Assembly (NCBI GenBank): GCA_038204165.1
Contig: JBBRDG010000003.1
Coordinates: 929 to 64,928 of the forward strand
Direction of reading: 5' to 3'
Origin: Elusimicrobiales bacterium
GTDB lineage: Bacteria; Elusimicrobiota; Elusimicrobia; Elusimicrobiales; UBA9959
DNA: 64,000 nt
How positions within the stretch are numbered: the stretch's first letter is position 1; each line of letters begins with the position of its first letter. Shown piece by piece: positions 26,113 through 34,105 of the stretch. A program made the translations under genes and the position numbers. Under the pieces are notes generated by a model. The model was not told the DNA's origin, made no database searches, and saw only the letters and a program-made list of their open reading frames with translations.

Positions 26113-27107
26113 AAATAGAAGATACCCTTACCTACAAAGACATCGCCGAGATCCCCGCGCTGCTCGAGAAATTCTCGGCCGGGGCGGAGTCCCTTGTGAA
26201 ACTGGCCGCCAGGTCGAAGGAAAAAAGCGTCTACCTGGTGGGCCGCGGCTCCTCCGGCACGGCCACGCTGTTCGCCAAGTATATCTGGGAAGGTTATGCC
26301 GGCACCATCACCAATTTTATCCATCCGCACTCCATCTTTGAAGCGCACAAGCCGCTAAATTTCAAGGGCCAGGCCGCCTGGGCCTTCTCCCAGTCCGGCC
26401 GCAGCCACGACATTACCGCCTGCCTGGAGAAGCTGATAAAGTGGGGGGCAAAGGGTGTTGCCGTCACCAACGAGGCCGACCTTAAGAATAACCCCTTGGC
26501 CCGCCTGGCCGGTCGGCACATCCTGCTCTCTAATTCCAAAGAGCTGCCGGTGGCCGCCACAAAGAGCTTCGAACTTCAACTCTGGGCGGTGCTTTGGACC
26601 GCGCAGGTGTGGAGCCGCTGTTTCAGGTCTTCGGACTTCAAGGCCACAGTAGCCGGCGCGCGGGCCGAGCTGGCTTTGCGGCGTACCGATGAAAAACTGC
26701 TCCCGGTCCTGGCCAAGGCGGGCATGCTCGGCTTCGTCGGGCGCGGCGCGTATAACGCCATAGCGGAAGATTCCGCGCTTAAGTTCAGGGAGATGTCCCG
26801 CACGCACGCCCTGGGCTATTCCGCCGCGGAATTCCTTCACGGCCCCGTGGGCGCCTTCACGGCCAGGGATTTCGCTTTCCTGTTCTCGCCTTCTGATAAG
26901 GTGCCGGAGGATATTATGAAGGTGAAAAAGGCCCTGGACGAGCGCGGGACCGCCTACCTGATCGTTAAGCCGGGCAAGCTCAGGTTCCCTTTTAACTGCC
27001 TGCCGGTGGATATGAGGATGAAGACCCTGGCGCTCAGGCTGGCTCTGCATAAAGGGCTTAACCCTGACAGCCCTAAAGGGCTAAATAAGGTTACCCAGAC
27101 TTTCTAG
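26109..27107 (+). CDS. SIS-domain sugar-phosphate isomerase/deglycase-like protein
   Basis: 332 aa with two SIS repeats (VYLVGRGSSGTA; FVGRGAYNAIAEDSALKFREM), resembling the GlmS isomerase half/AgaS/FrlB. 4-nt overlap with the HAD gene. Confidence 0.75.
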   Translation: MKIEDTLTYKDIAEIPALLEKFSAGAESLVKLAARSKEKSVYLVGRGSSGTATLFAKYIWEGYAGTITNFIHPHSIFEAHKPLNFKGQAAWAFSQSGRSHDITACLEKLIKWGAKGVAVTNEADLKNNPLARLAGRHILLSNSKELPVAATKSFELQLWAVLWTAQVWSRCFRSSDFKATVAGARAELALRRTDEKLLPVLAKAGMLGFVGRGAYNAIAEDSALKFREMSRTHALGYSAAEFLHGPVGAFTARDFAFLFSPSDKVPEDIMKVKKALDERGTAYLIVKPGKLRFPFNCLPVDMRMKTLALRLALHKGLNPDSPKGLNKVTQTF

Positions 27108-27125
27108 CCTTCCGTACGGGAACTT

Positions 27126-27162
27126 CGCCGCCCCGCGGTCCTGACCGGACCGCGGGGCGGCG
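27126..27162 (+). terminator. GC-rich stem-loop ending the long + strand gene string
   Basis: Perfect 16-bp stem CGCCGCCCCGCGGTCC / GGACCGCGGGGCGGCG with a 5-nt loop. No clear U-tract follows. Confidence 0.4.
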
Positions 27163-27310
27163 TGTATTGCGGGCTAAAAGACCTACGTGGAGCGGTCCAA
27201 AAGATCCCGCCGCGGTAGTTCTTTCGCTCCATTCGCGGGTTAGTGTTTTTTTGATTAAATATCCTTAATCAAGATCTGTATCCCTCAGCCGGGATACCCG
27301 GAGAACGCTA

Positions 27311-28012
27311 ATGAAAAGAGTCCACCTGGCCGTCGGCGCGGCGCTGCTTGTTTTTGCCTGCAATACCGGTTTTGCTTTTGACCTGCCCGGCCTTAATAAG
27401 GATCAGGACCCGGTCGATCTTCCTTTTGTCAGCCTTCCCCGACCCGTAGGACCTGGCCTGACCGCGCTGGACGCGGAGCTTGAAGCGCTGCGCGCCGAAG
27501 CCGCAGCCGACCCCGACAAGTTTCTGGATGAGCGTACGCCCGAAGAGGTAAGCCTGGCTTTCGGCCTGCCGGCGCAGGAAGCAGAACTTTTTCCGTCCCG
27601 CGCCCTGATCGCCAACGCGCTGGCCCAGGCCGCAGAGGTCCGTATAACAGTGGACCTTTCAGCTCAGCGCCTGACCATGGAGACCGACACCTCGTCGCAG
27701 GCCTTTATGATCTCATCCGGCCTGGCCCCGGAACATGCCACCCCCGGCAGCGGCAAATGCTTCAGGCCTGATTTCATGGAGTCCATGCACTATTCCAGCC
27801 TGTACAATAAGGCGCCCATGCCTAATTCCGTTTTCTTCAACGGCAATATAGCCATGCACGCCACCGAGGCGGTAAAACTGCTGGGGAAGCCCGCCTCCCA
27901 CGGCTGCGTCCGCCTGTCCAAGACAGATTCCCGGATTATCTTTGAGGCTGTTTTGGCGCACGGACGGGCCAACACCAGCGTATGTGTGGTCGGAAAAACT
28001 CCGTTAAAGTAG
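27311..28012 (+). CDS. Exported L,D-transpeptidase (YkuD fold)
   Basis: Signal peptide, then the catalytic motif HATEAVKLLGKPASHGCVRLS. Confidence 0.85.
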   Translation: MKRVHLAVGAALLVFACNTGFAFDLPGLNKDQDPVDLPFVSLPRPVGPGLTALDAELEALRAEAAADPDKFLDERTPEEVSLAFGLPAQEAELFPSRALIANALAQAAEVRITVDLSAQRLTMETDTSSQAFMISSGLAPEHATPGSGKCFRPDFMESMHYSSLYNKAPMPNSVFFNGNIAMHATEAVKLLGKPASHGCVRLSKTDSRIIFEAVLAHGRANTSVCVVGKTPLK

Positions 28013-28032
28013 GACATCAAATTTATTTTAGC

Positions 28033-28070
28033 AAGGCCGGGTCCAAGAAAGGGCGCCGGCCTTTTATTTT
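28033..28070 (+). terminator. Rho-independent terminator
   Basis: Stem AAGGCCGG / CCGGCCTT with a 15-nt loop, followed by TTATTTT. Confidence 0.5.
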
Positions 28071-28071
28071 A

Positions 28072-28103
28072 CCCTTGACAAGTCAAGGGCCTGCGCGTAC
28101 ACT
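28072..28103 (+). promoter_or_regulatory. Sigma70 promoter with a palindromic -35 element (second copy)
   Basis: CCCTTGAC-aa-GTCAAGGG (28072-28089) contains TTGACA (28075-28080), followed by a 17-nt spacer and TACACT (28098-28103). Confidence 0.55.
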
Positions 28104-28131
28104 ATGGTAGTGGTTTATTAATGGTAACTAT

Positions 28132-29067
28132 ATGTCTTTTAAATATTTAGTCCCCTTATCTGCTTTGTTGCTCTGTCTGGCCGTTCCGGCTTTCAGCGAA
28201 GATAGTTTTTTCTCCGAACTGGAGGGGATACAGACAGAAAGCCGCGACCAGGGTGCGGCGATGCGGGCAGAGAACGTTAAGAGCCAGGCCGCGCTTAAAG
28301 TCGCCCCGCCCAAGGACGATATAAAGGCTTCGGTGATACGCCACCTGGACAGGGCCATAGCCTATTGTGATAAGAACAAGAAGGACTGCGACGGCGCGAA
28401 CGAGAGTATCCGGGATTTTTCAAAAGGCATAGGCGGCGGGCGCTGCAATAACCGCGGTTTTAACTGCGTGCACGAGGTGCTCGAGACCTGCCGCCAAGAG
28501 ATAAGCCGCAAAGAGATCACTCCCATGTACTACATGGCCTGCGCAGCCATGCTGGGCAAGATAGGCGAGCGCGACTGCGCCGAGGGGCGGGCTACTTGCG
28601 CCGCGCAACTGCAGGGGTCGGTCTATTTCGCGCTTCGCGCCGCGGCTGGCTGCCACAAGAGCTTCGAAGGAAACAAGGCCAGGCTGGCTGAGGCGGACGC
28701 TCTTGCCAAACGGTTTGCGGTCAAGGCCGGCCAGGATATAAAGGCTGTTTACGTGCAGGACGCGGAGGCGGAACAGGCACAGACCATCGGCCACCACCTG
28801 ATCTGGCATGTCGGCAAGGAAGGCGGCGTTATCGGCACTGAGAAAGTGTTGGAGTTCGCTTTTGAAAAACTCGCTCTGCACGGTGCTTCGGCGGCGGTAG
28901 AGGTTGCCGGCGGGCCGCTGTTCATCTTTTCTACTTTTATGCTGTTCCACGAGATAGCCGCTTCGGAGATGAACGACCAGGTTTGCACCGAGTGGAGTCA
29001 TTCATACAACGGCAGTTACGCCAATGCGGCCTCTTCGCTGGATAAGATGACCCGCAATATAAAGTAA
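28132..29067 (+). CDS. Hypothetical secreted Cys-rich protein
   Basis: 311 aa. Signal peptide MSFKYLVPLSALLLCLAVPAFS, at least 12 Cys in the N-terminal half, and a hydrophobic segment near the C-terminus. No family recognised. Confidence 0.6.
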   Translation: MSFKYLVPLSALLLCLAVPAFSEDSFFSELEGIQTESRDQGAAMRAENVKSQAALKVAPPKDDIKASVIRHLDRAIAYCDKNKKDCDGANESIRDFSKGIGGGRCNNRGFNCVHEVLETCRQEISRKEITPMYYMACAAMLGKIGERDCAEGRATCAAQLQGSVYFALRAAAGCHKSFEGNKARLAEADALAKRFAVKAGQDIKAVYVQDAEAEQAQTIGHHLIWHVGKEGGVIGTEKVLEFAFEKLALHGASAAVEVAGGPLFIFSTFMLFHEIAASEMNDQVCTEWSHSYNGSYANAASSLDKMTRNIK

Positions 29068-29081
29068 ATCAGTACGGGCAT

Positions 29082-29118
29082 AAAAAAACCGCGGCTTTTA
29101 AGGGCCGCGGTTTTTTTT
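29082..29118. terminator. Bidirectional rho-independent terminator
   Basis: A7 + CCGCGGC / GCCGCGG stem + T8, between convergent genes. Confidence 0.8.
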
Positions 29119-29130
29119 ACGTTAGTCCGG

Positions 29131-30456
29131 TTAGAATTTCTTCCAGAGTTTCTTTGCCAGTTCCAGGGACTTGCGCGAGATTTCCTCCTCGTCCAGGTCC
29201 AGCTTCAGCACTTTCTTCTCCATCAGTACTTTGCCGGCGGCTATAGTGGTGTCCACCGTGCTCTGGCTGATGCCGAACACCAGGTGGCCAAGGAAAGAGC
29301 CCTCGTCCAGCGGCGTAGGCGGCAGATAGTCGATTATCGCTATGTCGGCCGCGAAGCCTGCCGTAAGCTCGCCCAGTCCTTTAAAGTAGCGGTTGGCGAT
29401 AACGGCGTTATTAGTTACCAGCGCGCCGGCTTCTTCCATGAAGCCCTGAGAGGGGTCGGTCTTCAGGTGTTGCAGCCAGAGGCCGCAGCGCACTTCCTCC
29501 AGCATGTTCACGGTCATGGCGTCGGTGCCGAGGCCTACCAACACGCCCCGGGCGGCCATGCCCGTAACGTCTGCTATGCCCACGGAGTTGTTGGCGTTGG
29601 ACTGCGGGTTATGCACCACCGCGGTCCCGGTTTCCCTGAGGATCTCAATTTCCTGTTCGTTAATGTGCACGCAGTGCGCGGCGATGGACTTGCGGCCAAG
29701 TACGCCGTAGTCGCGCAGGCGCTCCACCACGCGCACCTTGTGCTGGGCTTCACAATCCAACTGGTCCGCCTGGGATTCGGCGGTGTGCACGTGGAACCCG
29801 GCCCCCAGTTTATGGCCGCGGTAGGCGGCTTCTTCCAGGGTTTTGTCCGAAAGCGTGAAGGAGGCGTGCAGGCCGAACAGGCCCTTTATGGTGTTGTCGT
29901 CTTTGGCCTGGGCCGCGGCGATAAAAGCCGCGTTCTCCTCTATGCCTTCCTTAGCTTTTTCCTCGCCGTCGCGGTCGGAAACCTCGTAGCAGAGAGCGGC
30001 GCGCAGGCCGGTCTCCCGCACCCCCTTCTCGATGGCGGCTAGCGAGCCGGTGATAGCGAAGGGGCTGGCATGATGGTCGATGATGGTGGTGGTGCCCTTT
30101 CTGATGGCGTTTATCAGCGGAATTACAGCGCTGTAGTAAGAATCGGCGTTTGTGAGGTGCTTGTCCAGCTTCCACCACAGGTTATTCAGTATCTCCAGGA
30201 AGTTCTTGGAAGGCGCGGCTTTGCCGAGCCCGCGCGCGAACGTGCTGTAGAAGTGCATGTGGGCGTTGATGAAGCCCGGCATCACTATTTTGCCGGCCGC
30301 GTCTATAACCTTGCTGTACTTGCCCCTGAAGGTTTTCTGCGGGGCTATCTTTTTAATCAACCCGTCCTCTATCAGCAGCGCGTTGCCGTACAGCACCTTG
30401 TTCTTCGCGCCGAGCGTGGCGATGATGCCGTTTTTGATCAGTATAGTTTTAGCCAT
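29131..30456 (-). CDS. ssnA: SsnA-family aminohydrolase (amidohydrolase superfamily)
   Basis: 441 aa. Motifs PGFINAHMHFYS, LNNLWWKLDKHL and IDHHASPFAITGSL match my recollection of E. coli SsnA. Confidence 0.8.
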   Translation of the reverse strand: MAKTILIKNGIIATLGAKNKVLYGNALLIEDGLIKKIAPQKTFRGKYSKVIDAAGKIVMPGFINAHMHFYSTFARGLGKAAPSKNFLEILNNLWWKLDKHLTNADSYYSAVIPLINAIRKGTTTIIDHHASPFAITGSLAAIEKGVRETGLRAALCYEVSDRDGEEKAKEGIEENAAFIAAAQAKDDNTIKGLFGLHASFTLSDKTLEEAAYRGHKLGAGFHVHTAESQADQLDCEAQHKVRVVERLRDYGVLGRKSIAAHCVHINEQEIEILRETGTAVVHNPQSNANNSVGIADVTGMAARGVLVGLGTDAMTVNMLEEVRCGLWLQHLKTDPSQGFMEEAGALVTNNAVIANRYFKGLGELTAGFAADIAIIDYLPPTPLDEGSFLGHLVFGISQSTVDTTIAAGKVLMEKKVLKLDLDEEEISRKSLELAKKLWKKF

Positions 30457-30459
30457 AGT

Positions 30460-33018
30460 TTATTCCGGGCAGACCTTGAGTTCGGCCGCCGTGCGTTTGC
30501 GCATCTTTATCGCCCCGGCGAAACATTTTTTGGCGCAGAGCGAGCAACCTACGCACTTTGAAGCGTCGAAGTGCGGGATCTTGTCGCCGTCGAGCTTTAC
30601 GGCCAGATAGCCGCAGCGTTCGCAGTTGCCGCAATGCTGGCACAGGTCAGCGTCCACAGAGGGGAGGCCTTTTACCGGGGTGAGTCCCATGAAACCTGTC
30701 ACGGGGTCAGGCAGCGCGCAGCCGATGAATTCTTCCACCGACTTATAGCCTTTCTCCTCCAGCATATGGCTCAGGCCCCAGTTAAGTTCGTCGATGACGC
30801 CGTAGCCATACTTCATCACTACGGTGCAGAACTGCACGGATTTGGCGCCCAGCGCCAGAAAATGCGCCGCGGCCTTGTAGTCCATTGGCCCGCCGTTGCC
30901 AGAGATAGGCACGCCGAGGTTCACGGCCTTGGCGATGGTCAGGTTGCTGATCGGGGCCACGCCCTCGCCGCTCATGCCCACTATCATGCCTTCTTCCCAG
31001 TCGCCCTTGCCGGAAAGACGCTCGCGGAAGGCCAGCGCCGGGAAAGAATTGGCGAGCGTGATGCCGGCCTTCTTGTGCGGGTACTTGGCGTACACCTGCT
31101 TTATGGCGTTTACCACCTGCCAGATGGCGGTGACGGCGCCGGTCAGCTTGAAGAGCTTCGGAATCTCGGGGTTGGAGACTTCCATCACCCAGCCTATAAT
31201 CTTGGCGGTAAGTTCCGGGTCCTGGGAAACAATGTCGCCCTTGGTCCCGTCGCCGCCCTGCGGGCAGGAGAGGGAGTACTCTATGGCCATAGCGCCGGCT
31301 TTCTCCAGCTTAAGGGTATTGGACTGCCAGCCCTTCCGGTCAAACTCGTCGTTGCCGGTTACGGGGCCGCCGGTGGAAGCGGCGGTAAGGCGGTCGGGGT
31401 ATTCCTTCACCAGTTTCGCTACTTCTTTGCAGACGCGGTCGAGCGAGTGGCCCGAGACGTTGTCCGAATTCCCGTAGGTGTTTTGGTCGAAGGTCACCAT
31501 GTATTCGGCGGGGATGTGTATGTCGAGCCCGTCAAAGGCGGTCTTCATCACCACGCCGGGCCAGCCAGCCTCATAGGCTTTTTTCACCTGTTCGTACCCG
31601 TCCGAATGGGGGGAGGCGGATATAATGAAGGGTGAGCTGAGCTTGCGGCCGAAGAAGTCGGTGGCGAGGTCTACCGGCAGCATGTTTCTGCCTTTCAGGA
31701 TCACCGCGCTCTTTTTGTCGGTGGACCAGGCGTCGGTAAGGCCGCACACTTTTTTTGTGTAGGTGAGTTCGCCGTCTATAATGCTCCGTTCGTAGGCGCT
31801 GACACTTTCCGGGAAGAGCTCGGCGCGCGGTCCTTTGCCGCCCATAAAAGCGTGCGCGGTCAGCGCGGCGTTCTTGGCGGAGGCGACAGATTCCACCACG
31901 GTGGAGGCGCCGTTGCGGCAGTCACCGGCAAGGAAGACGCCTTTGGTCTGCTCGTCTTTAAAGACCGGGATATTCTTTATCGCCAGTACCACAAAGTCTA
32001 TGTCGGAGCGGACCTGGCCGGAGCCTTTGATGTCGTTGGCTTTCTCGTCCAGGCGGGCTACGGTGATGCCCTTTACCTTTTTGCCATCGGCCAGTATGCC
32101 GGTGATGCGCGACTTGGCGTTGATGTTGATGCCTGAGCTGAGGATGTCATGCAGCTCTTTTTTTGGCAGCTGGATGTGGCCGATGTTCTTGCGGGTGAAG
32201 ATTTCCGCCTTATGCGCGCCGGCTTTCAGCGCTATCACGGCGCAGTCGGCCGCTACTGCGCCGCCGCCTATTACGGCCACGTTCTTCCCCTTAAGGGGGT
32301 ATTTTTTTATATTTGCCAGGAATTCAAGGCCTTCCACGCCCAGGTTCTCGTTCGGGATGTTCAGCTTGATCTGGTCCGCCACGCCGGCGGTAACGATGAC
32401 CGCGCCGTACTTCTTCAGCAGCGCGGCCGGGTCTTTAACCGCGGAACCGGTTTTAATGGCGATGTCACCCAGGGTTTTAACCCATTCAATCTCGGTGCGG
32501 AGGACTTCTTTCGGAAATCGTTTTTCCGGGATCAGGCCCGCGGCGCCGCCGGCTTTTTTATCCTTCTCGAACACGTCCACTTTATAGCCCAGCTGCGCCA
32601 GCACTCCCGCCGCGGCTAGCCCTGCGGGGCCCGCGCCGATTACGGCGGCTTTCTTGCCGTTGGGTTTGGCTTTTTTGAACTTCGGCATAACGCCCAGTTC
32701 TTTGGCCTTCTGCACTATGGCGGCCTGGGCGGCGGGGATGTTTATCGGATTATCGAAAATTTTACGGGAGCAGGCTTTAACGCAGAACCAGTCGGGGCAG
32801 ATAGCGCCGCATACACCGCCGAAAGTGTTATGCCCCATGATCAGGGCGGCTGAACGCTTAATGTCGGACTTGGCCATGCCGCGCGCGGCCATCAGGAAGT
32901 CAGCCGGAGAGCAGTCAGCGGGGCAGGCCGTTTTGCAGGGCTTCTCCTCGCAGTACAGGCAGCGCTCCGCCTCGGCTTTAAGCTGGGCGTCCGACAGGAA
33001 GGTTATTTTTCTGGTCAT
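30460..33018 (-). CDS. Fused dihydropyrimidine-dehydrogenase-like flavoenzyme (PreT/GltD-like + PreA/DHOD-like TIM barrel + 2x[4Fe-4S])
   Basis: 852 aa. N-terminal FeS helical domain (CLYCEEKPCKTACP), FAD (VIGAGPAGLAAAG) and NADPH (VIGGGAVAADCA) folds, a TIM barrel with the SLSCPQGG catalytic-Cys loop, and C-terminal CQHCGNCERC / CVGCSLCAKKC. Confidence 0.8.
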   Translation of the reverse strand: MTRKITFLSDAQLKAEAERCLYCEEKPCKTACPADCSPADFLMAARGMAKSDIKRSAALIMGHNTFGGVCGAICPDWFCVKACSRKIFDNPINIPAAQAAIVQKAKELGVMPKFKKAKPNGKKAAVIGAGPAGLAAAGVLAQLGYKVDVFEKDKKAGGAAGLIPEKRFPKEVLRTEIEWVKTLGDIAIKTGSAVKDPAALLKKYGAVIVTAGVADQIKLNIPNENLGVEGLEFLANIKKYPLKGKNVAVIGGGAVAADCAVIALKAGAHKAEIFTRKNIGHIQLPKKELHDILSSGININAKSRITGILADGKKVKGITVARLDEKANDIKGSGQVRSDIDFVVLAIKNIPVFKDEQTKGVFLAGDCRNGASTVVESVASAKNAALTAHAFMGGKGPRAELFPESVSAYERSIIDGELTYTKKVCGLTDAWSTDKKSAVILKGRNMLPVDLATDFFGRKLSSPFIISASPHSDGYEQVKKAYEAGWPGVVMKTAFDGLDIHIPAEYMVTFDQNTYGNSDNVSGHSLDRVCKEVAKLVKEYPDRLTAASTGGPVTGNDEFDRKGWQSNTLKLEKAGAMAIEYSLSCPQGGDGTKGDIVSQDPELTAKIIGWVMEVSNPEIPKLFKLTGAVTAIWQVVNAIKQVYAKYPHKKAGITLANSFPALAFRERLSGKGDWEEGMIVGMSGEGVAPISNLTIAKAVNLGVPISGNGGPMDYKAAAHFLALGAKSVQFCTVVMKYGYGVIDELNWGLSHMLEEKGYKSVEEFIGCALPDPVTGFMGLTPVKGLPSVDADLCQHCGNCERCGYLAVKLDGDKIPHFDASKCVGCSLCAKKCFAGAIKMRKRTAAELKVCPE

Positions 33019-33064
33019 GTTGCGTCTCCGTGGCTCATGGAATGCTGATAATAGATTCTATAAT

Positions 33065-34000
33065 TTATCGTGCCGCGAAATTAAGCAGCGAAAAAGGCCT
33101 GGCGGAATTTACCGTGCAAAGGAGTTTTTTGTCCCTGAAGGCTGAAACCCCGTTTTTGCCTGCGGCAAGGGCGTTGCCGGCCGCCAGCTTTTTTACTATC
33201 GAGCCGGGCAGCAGGCTGTATGGAGCGGCCAGGCGGCTATAGCGGGCTTTGCCGTTCTTTGCCGTCCCGTCCAGGACCACGTATTCATATTTGTCCCTGA
33301 ATAGCACCGGCTTCGCCAGGTATTCACGCAGCACGGCCGCTCGCCCGGGAAGGTACTCCTGCAAGAAGGCAAAAATTTCTTTAGCCACTGCCACGCTGTG
33401 CCGGCAGTCGTAGGCGCAGGGGTGCCAGCTGATTACCTGCAGGGCGGCAAGGTCTAGGCCCTTATTGGCAGCCCTTATACGGGCGAAGGCGTCCATGTCC
33501 GCGGGTTTACCCGTAAGGCGGGAAAAATAATTAAAGACATTGTTCAAACCAAAATACAATTTTTTGTTGGCCTGCGTATTGGCTGAAGTGTGGTTCACCA
33601 GGTCGGTGGTCTCCGCCACGGAACGCCAGCCTATATACGCTTTTACGCAGCATTCCGGATAGCCGAGCAGCACGCCCCAGTCCGGATCGGTGGGGGAACG
33701 GTACCAACTCTTTGCTGCCTGTTTCAGGGCGGAGAGAGTTTTTCCTATGAGCAACATCCGCTTGCCGGCCCGGGGGATGGCTTTGAAGCCTTCCCTTCCG
33801 TAGAGCGCCTCCGGCATCAGGTATTTAAGTTTTAAAACTTCGCACAGGTTCTTTATGTAAGGCCAGCTGTCAGCGGTAAAATCCGTATAGAGCACCGGTT
33901 TGCGGCCTATCAGCAGGGCTGAAAGATCGGCCAGGCCGGGGTCGAAGTCGCGGAGTTCTTTAAGACCGTTAAGCGGTTTTCGTAATTTCAGATATGGCAT
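33065..34000 (-). CDS. Hypothetical protein with GYPECC and WHPCAYDC motifs
   Basis: 311-aa ORF and first gene of the minus-strand operon, 46 nt upstream of the DPD-like gene. No family confidently recognised. Confidence 0.6.
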   Translation of the reverse strand: MPYLKLRKPLNGLKELRDFDPGLADLSALLIGRKPVLYTDFTADSWPYIKNLCEVLKLKYLMPEALYGREGFKAIPRAGKRMLLIGKTLSALKQAAKSWYRSPTDPDWGVLLGYPECCVKAYIGWRSVAETTDLVNHTSANTQANKKLYFGLNNVFNYFSRLTGKPADMDAFARIRAANKGLDLAALQVISWHPCAYDCRHSVAVAKEIFAFLQEYLPGRAAVLREYLAKPVLFRDKYEYVVLDGTAKNGKARYSRLAAPYSLLPGSIVKKLAAGNALAAGKNGVSAFRDKKLLCTVNSARPFSLLNFAAR

Positions 34001-34105
34001 AGTACCCGCGTATTATTTTACAACAATTAGACAGGGTTCAAATCCGTCTCAAAATTTTAGATAATATTAGTACAAACTCTGAATTCAGCAGCGAAGGCCC
34101 GAGGA

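Noticed and set aside
27241-27310. Inverted repeats GATTAA-N6-TTAATC and GTATCCC-N6-GGGATAC upstream of the L,D-transpeptidase gene as regulatory elements
   Set aside because: The arms are short (6-7 bp) and the repeats are single occurrences. No associated promoter hexamers could be placed convincingly, so the evidence is too weak to report as a feature.
30460-33018. Calling the 852-aa flavoenzyme YgfK / 'putative selenate reductase' because it sits next to ssnA
   Set aside because: Its domain order (GltD-like first, DHOD-like TIM barrel second, ferredoxin last) is that of dihydropyrimidine dehydrogenase. As I recall it, E. coli YgfK is about 1030 aa and organised differently. Without an alignment, orthology cannot be claimed, so only a DPD-like call is made.
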